From: Dehalococcoidia bacterium
GTDB lineage: Bacteria > Chloroflexota > Dehalococcoidia > UBA2979
Reading direction: 5' to 3'
Length of the DNA stretch: 64,000 bases
Assembly (NCBI GenBank): GCA_050248355.1
Contig: JBFWSN010000002.1
Span: 210,743-274,742 of the forward strand
The position numbers and the translations under genes are program-made. Below the pieces are notes generated by a model. The model did no database searches. It had not been told where the DNA came from and saw nothing but the letters and a program-made list of their open reading frames with translations. Of the stretch, positions 55,701 to 64,000 are shown one piece after another (position 1 is the first letter of the stretch; each line of letters opens with the position of its first letter).

Positions 55701-55965
55701 CGGAACCGTGGCGCTGACCTTCCTCCTGGAGTCCGGTTTCATCGCGCTAATGGGGATTCTCTCGGGCGTCGTCGGCGGGATGGTAATCGCTCGGAACGTG
55801 CTCACGAGTGGTCAGTTCGGAGGCACCGGGTTCGAGTTCGTGATTCCGTGGGCCGAAGTCACCGTGATCGCCCTTTTCTCCTTCGCGGTGGCGATGGCCA
55901 TGACGTGGTGGCCGAGCCGCGTGGCAGCGGCCGTACCGGTCGCGGACGCGTTGCGCTACGAGTAA
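52702..55965 (+). CDS. FtsX-like ABC transporter permease, 1087 aa, with two FtsX 4-TM modules and large extracytoplasmic domains
   Basis: TAATGG overlap with the ATPase stop. Two FtsX-like TM blocks each preceded by a large loop. Ends with the conserved FtsX C-terminal helix. Confidence 0.75.
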   Translation: MDQLFGISMDAIMAVLAAMFAVSVASVAYIFITSRVMFRMGVRNLRRRGLQSGLVVLGLMLATLITTAAFTTGDTVDHSIARAGYEQFQRTDLQLNFVGEREAFTNDVAVYFDEDATEAMEARFAGDPDIEGFIPLLQEPATVVNPRTGLSEASVVLSGIDPERIDRLGGLRRAGGGTVMLASIPQDALLLSERAAEKLRAEAGDTLTVYVGGVPTEVRVADIVQDELVTSGSRAFYEKGSGGAAIALSSVQRITGHEGQLNRLNIALHGDVATSHLRSDAAISRLEPFLASEEGRALLAVEHAVTVDAVKADAIQEAEEQGNLFTTFFLMLGLFSIAAGVMLIFMIFVMLATERKAEMGMARAVGAQRGSLMRAFVAEGMAYSLVAGAVGTLAGVAAAVGLVAVFLRVAGGFDFIEAHITLRSLVISYCLGVVITFLTVVVSAYKVSAVNIVAAIRGTDEDEGPQRSRRTSWRWVVAGIPALVVPPVGIWFLVRKGFGVSWAWIVAPVGIVLGGLSIVAASGTDSEFLFSFGVSILPLSAAALAAHYRAPRRPTWTLVGAYLAAYWLAPLNYDRLLLGKDLTGGLEMFVLSGVMVVIAFTVIIVFNAQLLTAIVQRGSAPRYTATFALAALTLACVAVAVAVGDQGNGLGQLLYLFAAVLGIGAATALAAVRFPHLAPALKMGVAYPLSNRFRTGMTIAMFSLIVFSLATFSALNSSFVAMLTAEGGDGGWDVLVTANRNAALSDVPAALEAERAAIRADIETAGRTTIFTGRTQVRIVGHEYGTFPVLAADDAFLAMPEGRLTGWADGYEDEAAAFAAVRSDPALALVDPSVLPDGFNEYGFNIADLEVKDDRFAPFELEVTDVASGKSTTVTVVGVLAIQVDSSYTAGVYVNEDAYRATFGTPDYLRTYVRLDDSVSPRDGAEAIEGALVRSGVQAESIRTLLDEAAAEQNTFMRMFQGFMALGLFTGIAALGVVAFRSVVERRQQIGMLRAIGYQDGTVALTFLLESGFIALMGILSGVVGGMVIARNVLTSGQFGGTGFEFVIPWAEVTVIALFSFAVAMAMTWWPSRVAAAVPVADALRYE

Positions 55966-56169
55966 CGCCCCTATTGGAGGTTGCCTGGCCGAAGGGCGGC
56001 GCGTGGTGCGTGCTGCCCTTCGGTCTGGGTCCAAGAGCCCACTCCTCTCGTCGAGAAGGCCGTATATACCCGCCGCCTGGACCTAAACGACGGTCTGGAT
56101 ATCCGACTTCTGGACGAGGTCCCGCAGTGGCGTTCCTCGCATCATAGCTGCGAAGAAAGGAGCAACACG

Positions 56170-57456
56170 ATGGCAGCAACAATTCCAACGACCTTCGAAG
56201 CCACGAGGTTTGCGTGGCTGAGGCAGATTGGCCCGGGCCACGCCCTCTTCGGGGCGGCCCTCGGTTTCGTTTGGTTGCACCTAGTCGATGCGACATTCGT
56301 TCATCCGCAGCGGAACGCAATGCCGGCCGAACACGTGCTGCTCGCAGCCGTAGGGCTCCTTGCCCCTCCGCTCGGTTTCGCGGCGTATCCACGAATTCGA
56401 CGTGCCGTGCGAGGCGTGATTGTAGCAGTCGTTGGTCTCGCGGCGATGAGCGCGGGCAGCATGATCCATTTCGCGGGGCTGCTCCGGAATGGCGAGTGGA
56501 ACGGCGGTGACTTCACGGGCGTGCCAATGACTTTCGCAGGTCTCGTGATGGTGGTGCTGGGCATCGCGCTGTGTACCTGGTCTATTCCGCGCACACGATA
56601 CAGGCTGTTGGTGATCCCGGCGTTGATCCCGGCGCTGCTGCTCATCATCGTGCCCACTCACATCGCAACGTTCATCGCACACGCTCCGCGGCAAATCATT
56701 GAGCCCCAGGATTTGGGAGCCGCATACGAAACGGTCTCATTCGAGACGAGCGACGGACTGACGCTGCGGGGATGGTATGTCCCGTCAAGAAATGGCGCAG
56801 CGGTCGCGCTCATTCATGGCTCGGGCGGCAGCCGCATGGGTCCAGCTCGTCATGCGCGAATGCTCGTGCGGCACGGGTACGGTGTTCTCCTCTTCGATGT
56901 ACGCGGACATGGTGAAAGCGACGGAACGACGAACGCTCTCGGATGGGGAGCTTACCCAGATTCGAAGGCTGCTCGGGACTATCTCGCGAGCCGGCCGGAC
57001 GTTGATCCGAATCGCATTGGCTTGCTCGGCCTATCTATGGGTGCGGAGATCGCCATCGAATCGGCGGCACATGATGACGGTTACGCAGCGATCGTGGCAG
57101 ACGGCCCGAGCGGCCGAACATTCGCCGACGCGCGTGATTCGTCGCTGCCAGCGGCGACCTTGGTCGTCGCGTCAGGCACGCTCTTATCGTATGAGTTGCT
57201 CGTAGCAGCAATGTCAGGCGCGATGCCGCCCCCGTCTCTCGTGAGCCGTTCCCCCGATGTGAATGAGCCGATCCTGTACATCGCATCGGGAGACGCCCAG
57301 GAAGAGCGAGCGCTTGTGACTAGAATCGCCGAACACTCAGGCGGAGATTCGGCGCTTTGGATCATCGACGGCGCAGGGCACACGCAAGGACTGAAGACCT
57401 TCCCGCAGGTGTATGAGGAGCGCGTCGTACAGTTCTTCGACCGCCTGTTGCGCTAG
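56170..57456 (+). CDS. membrane-anchored alpha/beta-hydrolase
   Basis: AAGGAGCAA RBS. About 6 N-terminal TM helices, then a hydrolase domain with GLSMGAEIA nucleophile elbow. Confidence 0.6.
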   Translation: MAATIPTTFEATRFAWLRQIGPGHALFGAALGFVWLHLVDATFVHPQRNAMPAEHVLLAAVGLLAPPLGFAAYPRIRRAVRGVIVAVVGLAAMSAGSMIHFAGLLRNGEWNGGDFTGVPMTFAGLVMVVLGIALCTWSIPRTRYRLLVIPALIPALLLIIVPTHIATFIAHAPRQIIEPQDLGAAYETVSFETSDGLTLRGWYVPSRNGAAVALIHGSGGSRMGPARHARMLVRHGYGVLLFDVRGHGESDGTTNALGWGAYPDSKAARDYLASRPDVDPNRIGLLGLSMGAEIAIESAAHDDGYAAIVADGPSGRTFADARDSSLPAATLVVASGTLLSYELLVAAMSGAMPPPSLVSRSPDVNEPILYIASGDAQEERALVTRIAEHSGGDSALWIIDGAGHTQGLKTFPQVYEERVVQFFDRLLR

Positions 57457-57567
57457 TTCGATGTGGGCATGAATCCACCGGACGACACTACAACGAGGCA
57501 CGGGGTTGAATAGGGGATCGGATGAGGCGGCCGACTATCGTCGGATAGCGCCTGTTCCAGGGGGGGA

Positions 57568-58590
57568 TCACCGCCATCCGAGGCGAGGCGCGACCTCCTT
57601 CAACACGCGCTCGATCACGTGCGCGTTGTATTCCACGCCGAGCTGGTTGGGCACTGTCAGGAGCAGGGTGTCCGCGAGCGCGATCGCCTCGTCCTGGGCC
57701 AGCTGCTCTACCAGGACATCGGGTTCCGCGGCGTAGCTCCGTCCGAAGATGGCCCTTGTGCTGGCGTCGATCAGTCCGACCTGGTCGCCGCGCTCCCCGC
57801 TGCCGCCGAAGTACCAGTGGTCGCGCTCCTCGACCAGCGGGAAGATGCTGCGGCTGACGGAGACCCGGGGCGCTCGCTGATGGCCCGCTGCCTTCCAGGC
57901 GTCGAGGTATGCACGGATCTGCGCGGCCTGTTGGACGTGAAACGGCTCACCGGTCTCGTCGTCTTTCAAGGTCGAACTCTGCAGGTTCATGCCCAGTCGT
58001 GCGGCCCAGGTCGCCGTCGCATTCGAACCGGAGCCCCACCAGATACGTTCCCTCAGGCCGGGGCTGTGCGGCTCCACACGGAGCAGCCCCGGCGGGTTCG
58101 GGAACATCGGTCGGGGATTGGGCTCCGCGAAGCCCTCTCCCTGCAGGACCTCGAGGAACGTCTGCGCGTGCCTCCGCCCCATCTCGGCGTCGCTCTCTCC
58201 GTCGTGCGGCTCGTATCCGAAGTAGCGCCAGCCGTCGATCACCTGCTCGGGGGAGCCCCGGCTGATACCGAGCTGCAGGCGTCCCCCGGCAATCAGGTCG
58301 GCGGCGCCCGCATCCTCTGCCATGTACAGCGGGTTCTCGTACCGCATGTCGATGACGGCGGTGCCGATCTCGATCCGGCGCGTCCTTGCGCCCACGGCGG
58401 CCAGCAGCGGGAACGGAGAACTCAGTTGTCGGGCGAAGTGGTGTACCCGGAAGAATGCGCCGTCGGCCCCAAGCTCTTCGGCAGCCACGGCCAGATCAAT
58501 TGACTGCAGGAGGGCGTCGGATGCCGACTGCGTCTGCGATTCCGTGGAGGGCGTCCAGTGTCCAAACGAAAGGAACCCGATCTTCTTCAT
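57568..58590 (-). CDS. LLM-class (luciferase-like) flavin-dependent oxidoreductase
   Basis: MKKIGFLSFGHW...TIM-barrel LLM pattern. Confidence 0.75.
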   Translation of the reverse strand: MKKIGFLSFGHWTPSTESQTQSASDALLQSIDLAVAAEELGADGAFFRVHHFARQLSSPFPLLAAVGARTRRIEIGTAVIDMRYENPLYMAEDAGAADLIAGGRLQLGISRGSPEQVIDGWRYFGYEPHDGESDAEMGRRHAQTFLEVLQGEGFAEPNPRPMFPNPPGLLRVEPHSPGLRERIWWGSGSNATATWAARLGMNLQSSTLKDDETGEPFHVQQAAQIRAYLDAWKAAGHQRAPRVSVSRSIFPLVEERDHWYFGGSGERGDQVGLIDASTRAIFGRSYAAEPDVLVEQLAQDEAIALADTLLLTVPNQLGVEYNAHVIERVLKEVAPRLGWR

Positions 58591-58611
58591 GACATCGATC
58601 CTACGCGCGAA

Positions 58612-59121
58612 TCATGACGTGGCGCCTTCGCCTGCTCGCGCCCGCTCGATCGCGGCGATGTCGATCTTCTGCATGGTGAGCATGGCCTCCATCGCACGCG
58701 TGGCCGCGTCGGGGTCGGGGTCCGAGGTCGCTTCCAGCAGCGCGCGCGGAGTGATCTGCCAGGAGAAGCCCCAGCGGTCTTTGCACCAGCCGCACATGCT
58801 CTCTTCGCCGCCATTGTGCGTGATCGCGTCCCAGTAGCGGTCCGTCTCCTCCTGGTCGTCGGTATAGACGACGAAGCTGACCGCTTCATTGGCCGTGAAC
58901 TCCGGGCCGCCGTTCAACCCGATCAACGGCTGTCCGAGGACGGTGAATTCGACGGTCAGTTCGTTGCCCTGCTCTCCCCCGGGATAGTCTGCCGCTGCAG
59001 CGTGTGCTGGCCCCACATGACTGTCCGGGAACGTCGCCGCGTAGAACTCGGCTGCTTTGCGGCGCTCCCACACACCATACCCCAGTGGGGTACTATCGCT
59101 GCTATCCAGCTCGACCGGCAC
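58612..59121 (-). CDS. VOC/PhnB-like (3-demethylubiquinone-9 3-methyltransferase-fold) protein; start uncertain
   Basis: AAEFYAATFPDS...VSFVVYTDDQEETDRYWDAIT...CGWCKDRWGFSWQI matches the PhnB-like family. The track start (59187) is a GTG abutting the divergent MFS start. Confidence 0.5.
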   Translation of the reverse strand: MPVELDSSDSTPLGYGVWERRKAAEFYAATFPDSHVGPAHAAAADYPGGEQGNELTVEFTVLGQPLIGLNGGPEFTANEAVSFVVYTDDQEETDRYWDAITHNGGEESMCGWCKDRWGFSWQITPRALLEATSDPDPDAATRAMEAMLTMQKIDIAAIERARAGEGATS

Positions 59122-59187
59122 GCCGGGGCTGCCGCTGGTTAGCGGGACTTGGTACCGCCTGTGGTGCACGCAAGAGGGGCAGCGCAC

Positions 59188-60498
59188 ATGGCCAGCATTG
59201 CGATCAGGGCAACCGCACGGGCGCGCGGTGTGTACTACGGATGGTGGATGGTGGGTGGCGCAGGCGTTGCGCAGTTCGTGGCGATCGGCGCGACGGGTCA
59301 GGTGGCCGGCGTCTTCCTGCGCCCGATGACTCGGGAACTTGGCTGGACCATCGCCGAATTCGCCCTCGCCGGGTCGCTCGCCTTCGCAGCCAGTGGACTG
59401 ATGGGATTCGTCATCGGCCCCTGGATCGACCGCTACGGCCCACGCCCGTTGATGCTGATCGGCGCTGGCGTACTGGGCGGCGCGCTGATGGCCGCTTCGC
59501 GTATTCAGGAGCCCTGGCAGTTCATTCTGTTGCAGGTGCTGGCGGGCGGAGCAGGCAACTCGCTTGTCGGTCCGATGGTGGTGAACACCGCGCTCTCGAA
59601 GTGGTTCGTAGTACGTCGTGGCTGGGCGATCGCGCTCGGGTCAATGGGCATCGGTGCGGCAGGACTGGTGGTGCCCGTCGTGATGACGCGGGTGGTCGAC
59701 TCCTTCGGATGGCGCGAAGCCTTTGTCATCCTCGGGTTAGCGGTCTGGGTGATTGCATTGCCCGTCGCGCTCATGATGCGCCGGCAGCCCGAGGACTACG
59801 GGCTGCTGCCCGACGGACGAAACGCCTCGGACCAGGAAACAGTCGGTGGCCGTGCTGCCTTCGCGGCGGTGCAGAGCGACTTCGACAATTCGTACACGCG
59901 GCGCGAGGCCGTGCGAACCCCGGGCGTGTGGCTGATCACGTTCGGCATGGCCTGCTTTATGCTCGCTATGTCTGCCGTCCTGCTCCACGGCATTCCGTAT
60001 ATGACGGACGCCGGCTTCTCGCGCAGTCAGGCCGCGGCGGCAGTGGCCGTGGGCGGGGGCGGGAACCTCGTGTCGAAGTTCGCATGGGGCTGGTTGCTCG
60101 CCCGTCTGCATGTGCGCGTGCTCTTTGCCTTCAGTTTCGCGCTCGCGGCAACCGGCGGCGTGCTAATGGTCGTGGCGGCGGAAACCGGCTCTGCAGCGGT
60201 CATGTACCTCGCGTTCTTAGTGTGGGGGCTCGGCTTTGGCGGCGGGATTCCGTTGTCCGAGTTCATCTGGGCCAAGTACTACGGGCGGCGGTATCTGGGC
60301 GCGGTACGCAGCGTCGGCGTGCCGTTCGGCATCGTCTTCGGCGCGTCGGGGGGTCTGCTTGTCGCGCGCTACTACGACGTCGTTGGGGATTACACGGGTG
60401 CGTGGTTGGCACTGACGGGCGTGTACCTGGTCGGCGTCTGCCTGATCGCCGTGTCGCGCGAGCCGCGGCGGAAGGTTGTAGCGACCACTCCGCGGTAA
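59188..60498 (+). CDS. MFS transporter (OFA-like)
   Basis: ATG preceded by AGAGGGG. 12 TM segments. Confidence 0.7.
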   Translation: MASIAIRATARARGVYYGWWMVGGAGVAQFVAIGATGQVAGVFLRPMTRELGWTIAEFALAGSLAFAASGLMGFVIGPWIDRYGPRPLMLIGAGVLGGALMAASRIQEPWQFILLQVLAGGAGNSLVGPMVVNTALSKWFVVRRGWAIALGSMGIGAAGLVVPVVMTRVVDSFGWREAFVILGLAVWVIALPVALMMRRQPEDYGLLPDGRNASDQETVGGRAAFAAVQSDFDNSYTRREAVRTPGVWLITFGMACFMLAMSAVLLHGIPYMTDAGFSRSQAAAAVAVGGGGNLVSKFAWGWLLARLHVRVLFAFSFALAATGGVLMVVAAETGSAAVMYLAFLVWGLGFGGGIPLSEFIWAKYYGRRYLGAVRSVGVPFGIVFGASGGLLVARYYDVVGDYTGAWLALTGVYLVGVCLIAVSREPRRKVVATTPR

Positions 60499-60552
60499 CT
60501 CGCCGCACGGTGCTTTCCATTGCGGCGGCCGCACGTCGCCCGCGGAGGCGGG

Positions 60553-61968
60553 TCAGACGGTGACGGTGCCGGGCGCCAATGCGGGTTCGCTTCCGGCCGT
60601 CGCGCGACCCCCTTGGGCAGGCGGTGTCGGGGGACGCGCCAGCATGAAGAAGACGGAGCCGAGTGCGGAGAGCAACGCGAGCAGCACGAAGGCAGGGCGG
60701 TAGTCGCCGAGGACATCGAACGAGAGGCCGGCAAGCAGCGGGCCGGTGACGATGCCGAACATCATCACCAGCGAAGAAAAGCCCATGATGGTGCCAAAGC
60801 TCTCACGGCCGAAGTAGTCGGCACGCATGGCCTGCATCAGGGGGCCACGGGTTCCCATCGCGAGGCCGTTGATGACGGCGAAGGCCATCACCGCCCAGAG
60901 GTTGGTCCCGAAGGCGAGGAACAGCAGTGCGACGGTATGCCCGAACATCGCGATCACGATCACACGCTGCTTGTTGACGCGGTCGCCGAGGAAACCTCCG
61001 AAGATCGCCTGGGCGATGATCATCATCAAAGTCATGACAGTTGTTGCGAAGGCCGCAGTGCCCAGGGAGAGGCCCATGCTCTCCTTCAAGTGCGACTGGA
61101 AGTGCACCGCGACCGCTCCAAAGACGAGCAACGAGGCAGACGCCCCGAGCGAGATCATCCAGAATGAGGAAGTGCGTAGCGCCTGACGGGCGGTGAAGTT
61201 GACCTCGCGGCGCCCGGCGGCGCGCTGCTGCATGACCTCCTCGTCGGTCGCGCCGTCCGGATGGTAGCCGTGATCCTCCGGGCGGTGGCGCACAAGCTGC
61301 GCCATCGGCAGCCCGACGAGGAGCACGATGATGCCAGCGACAAAAGACATTTCGCGCCAGCCGAGCGTCTCGAGCCCGAAGACGACCACCGGCAGGATCA
61401 GGCCGCCGGCGGAGAAGCCCAGCGAGAGGAAGGAGAGTGCGAGCGCTCGGCGGCGGTCGAACCAGTTGACGAGCGCCACGGAGATCGGGAGGAACGCGCC
61501 GAGCGCGGAGCCCAGCGCCATCATCAGGAACACGAGATAGAAGGTCAGGAGCGAGTTCACCAGACTCAGCGACATCAGGCCGAGGCCGAAGATGAGCGTG
61601 CCGAGCGTCATAATCGAGCGCGGACCGAAGCGGTCCACGGCCCAGCCCTCGATCGGACCGAGAAGGCCGCTCTCGACACGCATGAGTGCAAAGGCGAGGG
61701 AGAAGGAAGTCTTGCTCCAGCCGAATTCGTCGCGGAGGAGGACGACGTAGGTGCCGAAGGCGTGGAAGAGGAGCGCGCCATTGAGCATGTTCGCAGTAAA
61801 GCCGACGCCGGCGAGGACCCAGCCGTAGAAGAACGGCGGCTCCCAGCCGAGGACACGGCCCTCACCTCGCGCAGCCGGACGCGTGGCGACCGGAGCCGTG
61901 TCAGTACGGCCGGTGGTGGCCACACCAGTCGGAGCACTGCGGCGGGCCATCCAGCGCGGTCGCGCCAC
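60553..61968 (-). CDS. MFS transporter (OFA-like), paralogous to the convergent neighbour
   Basis: 12 TM segments. Shares the GWRE and DxxGxR motifs with the 59188 gene. Confidence 0.7.
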   Translation of the reverse strand: MARPRWMARRSAPTGVATTGRTDTAPVATRPAARGEGRVLGWEPPFFYGWVLAGVGFTANMLNGALLFHAFGTYVVLLRDEFGWSKTSFSLAFALMRVESGLLGPIEGWAVDRFGPRSIMTLGTLIFGLGLMSLSLVNSLLTFYLVFLMMALGSALGAFLPISVALVNWFDRRRALALSFLSLGFSAGGLILPVVVFGLETLGWREMSFVAGIIVLLVGLPMAQLVRHRPEDHGYHPDGATDEEVMQQRAAGRREVNFTARQALRTSSFWMISLGASASLLVFGAVAVHFQSHLKESMGLSLGTAAFATTVMTLMMIIAQAIFGGFLGDRVNKQRVIVIAMFGHTVALLFLAFGTNLWAVMAFAVINGLAMGTRGPLMQAMRADYFGRESFGTIMGFSSLVMMFGIVTGPLLAGLSFDVLGDYRPAFVLLALLSALGSVFFMLARPPTPPAQGGRATAGSEPALAPGTVTV

Positions 61969-62391
61969 TCACTACCTCCCCGCCCGAGCCCTGAAACCGA
62001 TCCCGGCGCATCATAGCCACTGCATCACAACTGTGGTGTTACACACCGTCCAACGACGATCACGGATCGGCCTGGAAAAGCTGCGGCGGCAGGCTAGGTC
62101 GATCGGAGACGATCCAGGTTCCGGAGTGATGGCCGTGCGTCGAGATCGGGAGCCGGACCCCGACGATGGGCGTGGGGCTGCTTCGTTCAGGCGGAACCCC
62201 GCGTAGCGTTCGCGCAGCTCCTGTGTGGGCAAGGAATTCCTCGACCTCACTCAGCTTCCCGACTCCGTCAACCAGGGCAACGTGAACGCCGACAACGGCA
62301 GCCACTCTCGCGCGCCTGTCTCGACGCCGCAGCCGACTCGACTTCGGGAGCGCCGACAAGAAACCCTCGTCGGCGCTCCCGTGTCTATTCG

Positions 62392-62826
62392 TCATGCGTC
62401 GGTGCCTTCGGGTGCCGGCCTGGCGATGAACTCGACCATGACGTTGCCGTTCGACAGGGGGTGGACCCAGCCGAGGTTGGGCGACTCGGCTTCACGAGTG
62501 ACGCGCCCACCGGCGCCTTCTACCTGCTGCACCCTCGCGTCGAGGTCGTCGACCTGGAGGCCAACGAGGTACAGTCCCTCGCCCCGCGGGTAGGCCTCAC
62601 CCTCGCGCATGTCCATGAACCGCTTCAGAGCGCTGTCCTCCGCGACCGGCGAGATGAGCTCGAGGATCGCACCCTCGTCTGTACCAAGCATGACGCCCTT
62701 GAAGCCCCAGCGCTGATCCTTCACCTCACCGACGGGCTTGAGCCCAAAGTACTTTCCATAGCGTTCGATGCCCTCATCGAGGTCGCGGACTGCAACGGAA
62801 AAGTACTGAAACCGAATGTCAGCCAT
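62392..62826 (-). CDS. VOC-family protein, paralog of the 24888..25319 product (about 75% aa identity)
   Basis: MADIRFQYFSVAVRDLDEGIERYGKYFGLKPVGE... is colinear with the other copy over its full length. Confidence 0.6.
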   Translation of the reverse strand: MADIRFQYFSVAVRDLDEGIERYGKYFGLKPVGEVKDQRWGFKGVMLGTDEGAILELISPVAEDSALKRFMDMREGEAYPRGEGLYLVGLQVDDLDARVQQVEGAGGRVTREAESPNLGWVHPLSNGNVMVEFIARPAPEGTDA

Positions 62827-63253
62827 CGGAACGGACTCCTTCAGTGCTCTGCCCGGCTCGAACGTCGGCCCGGCCTCGACGATTGGTTGACTATACCGAC
62901 GGCCCGGGCCGGTGCGTCACCTGCTGTGGCGAGGTTGAGGCGCAAGGGCCTGGTCCTACCAGTGGAGCGCCACTGACCTCGACCGACGGGGTGCGAGTCA
63001 CGCACCGCTCCCCCGATCAGCGCTCACCGGCTGGACCCGGAGCAGGTCGCAAAAGCGGTGCTCGAGCCGACATCGGACCTGGCCAGGCTCGGGTGGCAGG
63101 ACGACGTGCTCGTTCCGCGCGAGCGCAGCCGGCAAAGGCATAGTGCGACTGCACTACTCGCGGTCATTTGAACCGGGCGCTCCACCGATCCGCAATGTTC
63201 GAAGTGAATCTGGAAATCGAAAACGGGAGTGTCGATGCCCGCCTGATGGTCGG

Positions 63254-64000
63254 TCAGCGCGCGGTGTACCCGCCGTCGACGAGGATGGACGTGCCCGTGA
63301 CGAACGACGCGTCGTCGCTCGCGAGGAACGCCACGACACCCGCGACCTCTTCCGGCCGGCCGAGTCGACCCAGCGGATGCAACGCCTCGATGCCGGCCCG
63401 GGAAGCGGCGTCTTCCAGCAGCGGCTGGACCATGGGTGTCTCGATATAGCCGGGGCAGACCGTATTCACACGTACGCCCCGCGCGGCCCAGGTGAGGGCG
63501 AATGCCTTCGTGAGTCCTTCCACGCCGTGCTTCGCCGCCACGTACCCACTCGGGTCCAGCTCGGGCATCGCCTCGACGGCCCCGGTCCCCACGTGGCCGA
63601 GGATCGACGACATGTTGACGATCGAGCCGCCCCCGGAACGGGCCATGAGCGGAGCGGCGTGCCGCAGCCCGTAGTAGACGCCGCTCAGGTTGACGGCGAT
63701 GACCGTGTCCCAGGGGAGCGCACCAACGCCGGCGTTGTTCACCAGGATGTCGAGACGGCCGTGCCGGGCCACGGTCCCGTCGATGACCTGCTGTACTTCC
63801 TCCTCGTGGGAGACATCGAGTTCAACGGCTTCGGCCTGGCCTCCGGCGTCTCGAATGAGAGCGGCGGTTTCTTCCTCATCGCTCAGCTCGCGGCGACCGG
63901 CGCACACCACCGTGGCGCCCTCTGCAGCCAGCCGGACCGCGCATGCACGCCCGATGCCGGAGCCGGCCCCGGTCACCATCGCTACCCGGCCGTCGAGCCG
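63254..64000 (-). CDS. SDR-family oxidoreductase; the 5' end lies beyond the window edge
   Basis: TGAGSGIG Rossmann motif and the YxxxK region (YVAAKHG). The reverse-strand frame stays open to position 64000 (…[12 protein letters not shown]). Confidence 0.75.
   Translation of the reverse strand, partial: RLDGRVAMVTGAGSGIGRACAVRLAAEGATVVCAGRRELSDEEETAALIRDAGGQAEAVELDVSHEEEVQQVIDGTVARHGRLDILVNNAGVGALPWDTVIAVNLSGVYYGLRHAAPLMARSGGGSIVNMSSILGHVGTGAVEAMPELDPSGYVAAKHGVEGLTKAFALTWAARGVRVNTVCPGYIETPMVQPLLEDAASRAGIEALHPLGRLGRPEEVAGVVAFLASDDASFVTGTSILVDGGYTAR

Noticed and set aside
60520-62016. Plus-strand ORFs 60520-61167 and 61261-62016
   Set aside because: Antisense to the minus-strand MFS transporter. 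His/Arg/Glu/Asp-rich.

Overview
High-GC (about 70%) bacterial chromosomal window with strong GGAGG-type ribosome-binding sites, likely from an actinobacterial or Thermomicrobia-like genome. Most of it is ordinary metabolism and transport. At 4.6-10.7 kb there is an acyl-CoA cluster: crotonase, amidase, NAD epimerase and two overlapping family-III CoA-transferases. At 16.1-19.6 kb there is a helicase-DUF1998 plus DEDDh-exonuclease/TPR pair of the MrfAB (YprAB) type. The window also holds several MFS, ABC-2 and MacB/FtsX transporters, a NarL-type two-component system, VOC, SDR and LLM enzymes, and a CIRCE-like operator in front of an Hsp20 gene.

The accessory part is an integrated element of roughly 10 kb (about 25.5-35.3 kb) sitting next to tRNA-Gln and tRNA-Asn. 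It carries a large serine recombinase whose reading frame runs into the antisense of tRNA-Asn. It also carries a sigma-70/ECF-like factor, a translationally coupled chain of small protein, PrimPol primase-polymerase, DUF3987-like protein and two tiny Cys-rich proteins, and a ParB-nuclease-domain::DNA-methyltransferase fusion. At its right end is a duplicated two-gene cassette of unknown function (a Cys/His-motif protein plus an overlapping partner, twice) and a protein with a lysine-rich histone-like tail.

Other oddities: a secreted prokaryotic-type phospholipase A2; an internally deleted M28-peptidase paralog pseudogene followed by a roughly 600-nt ORF-poor GC-rich region; a truncated Gfo/Idh/MocA fragment; and two inverted VOC paralogs at 24.9 and 62.4 kb. 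The high GC produces many long spurious antisense ORFs in the six-frame track. These were rejected.
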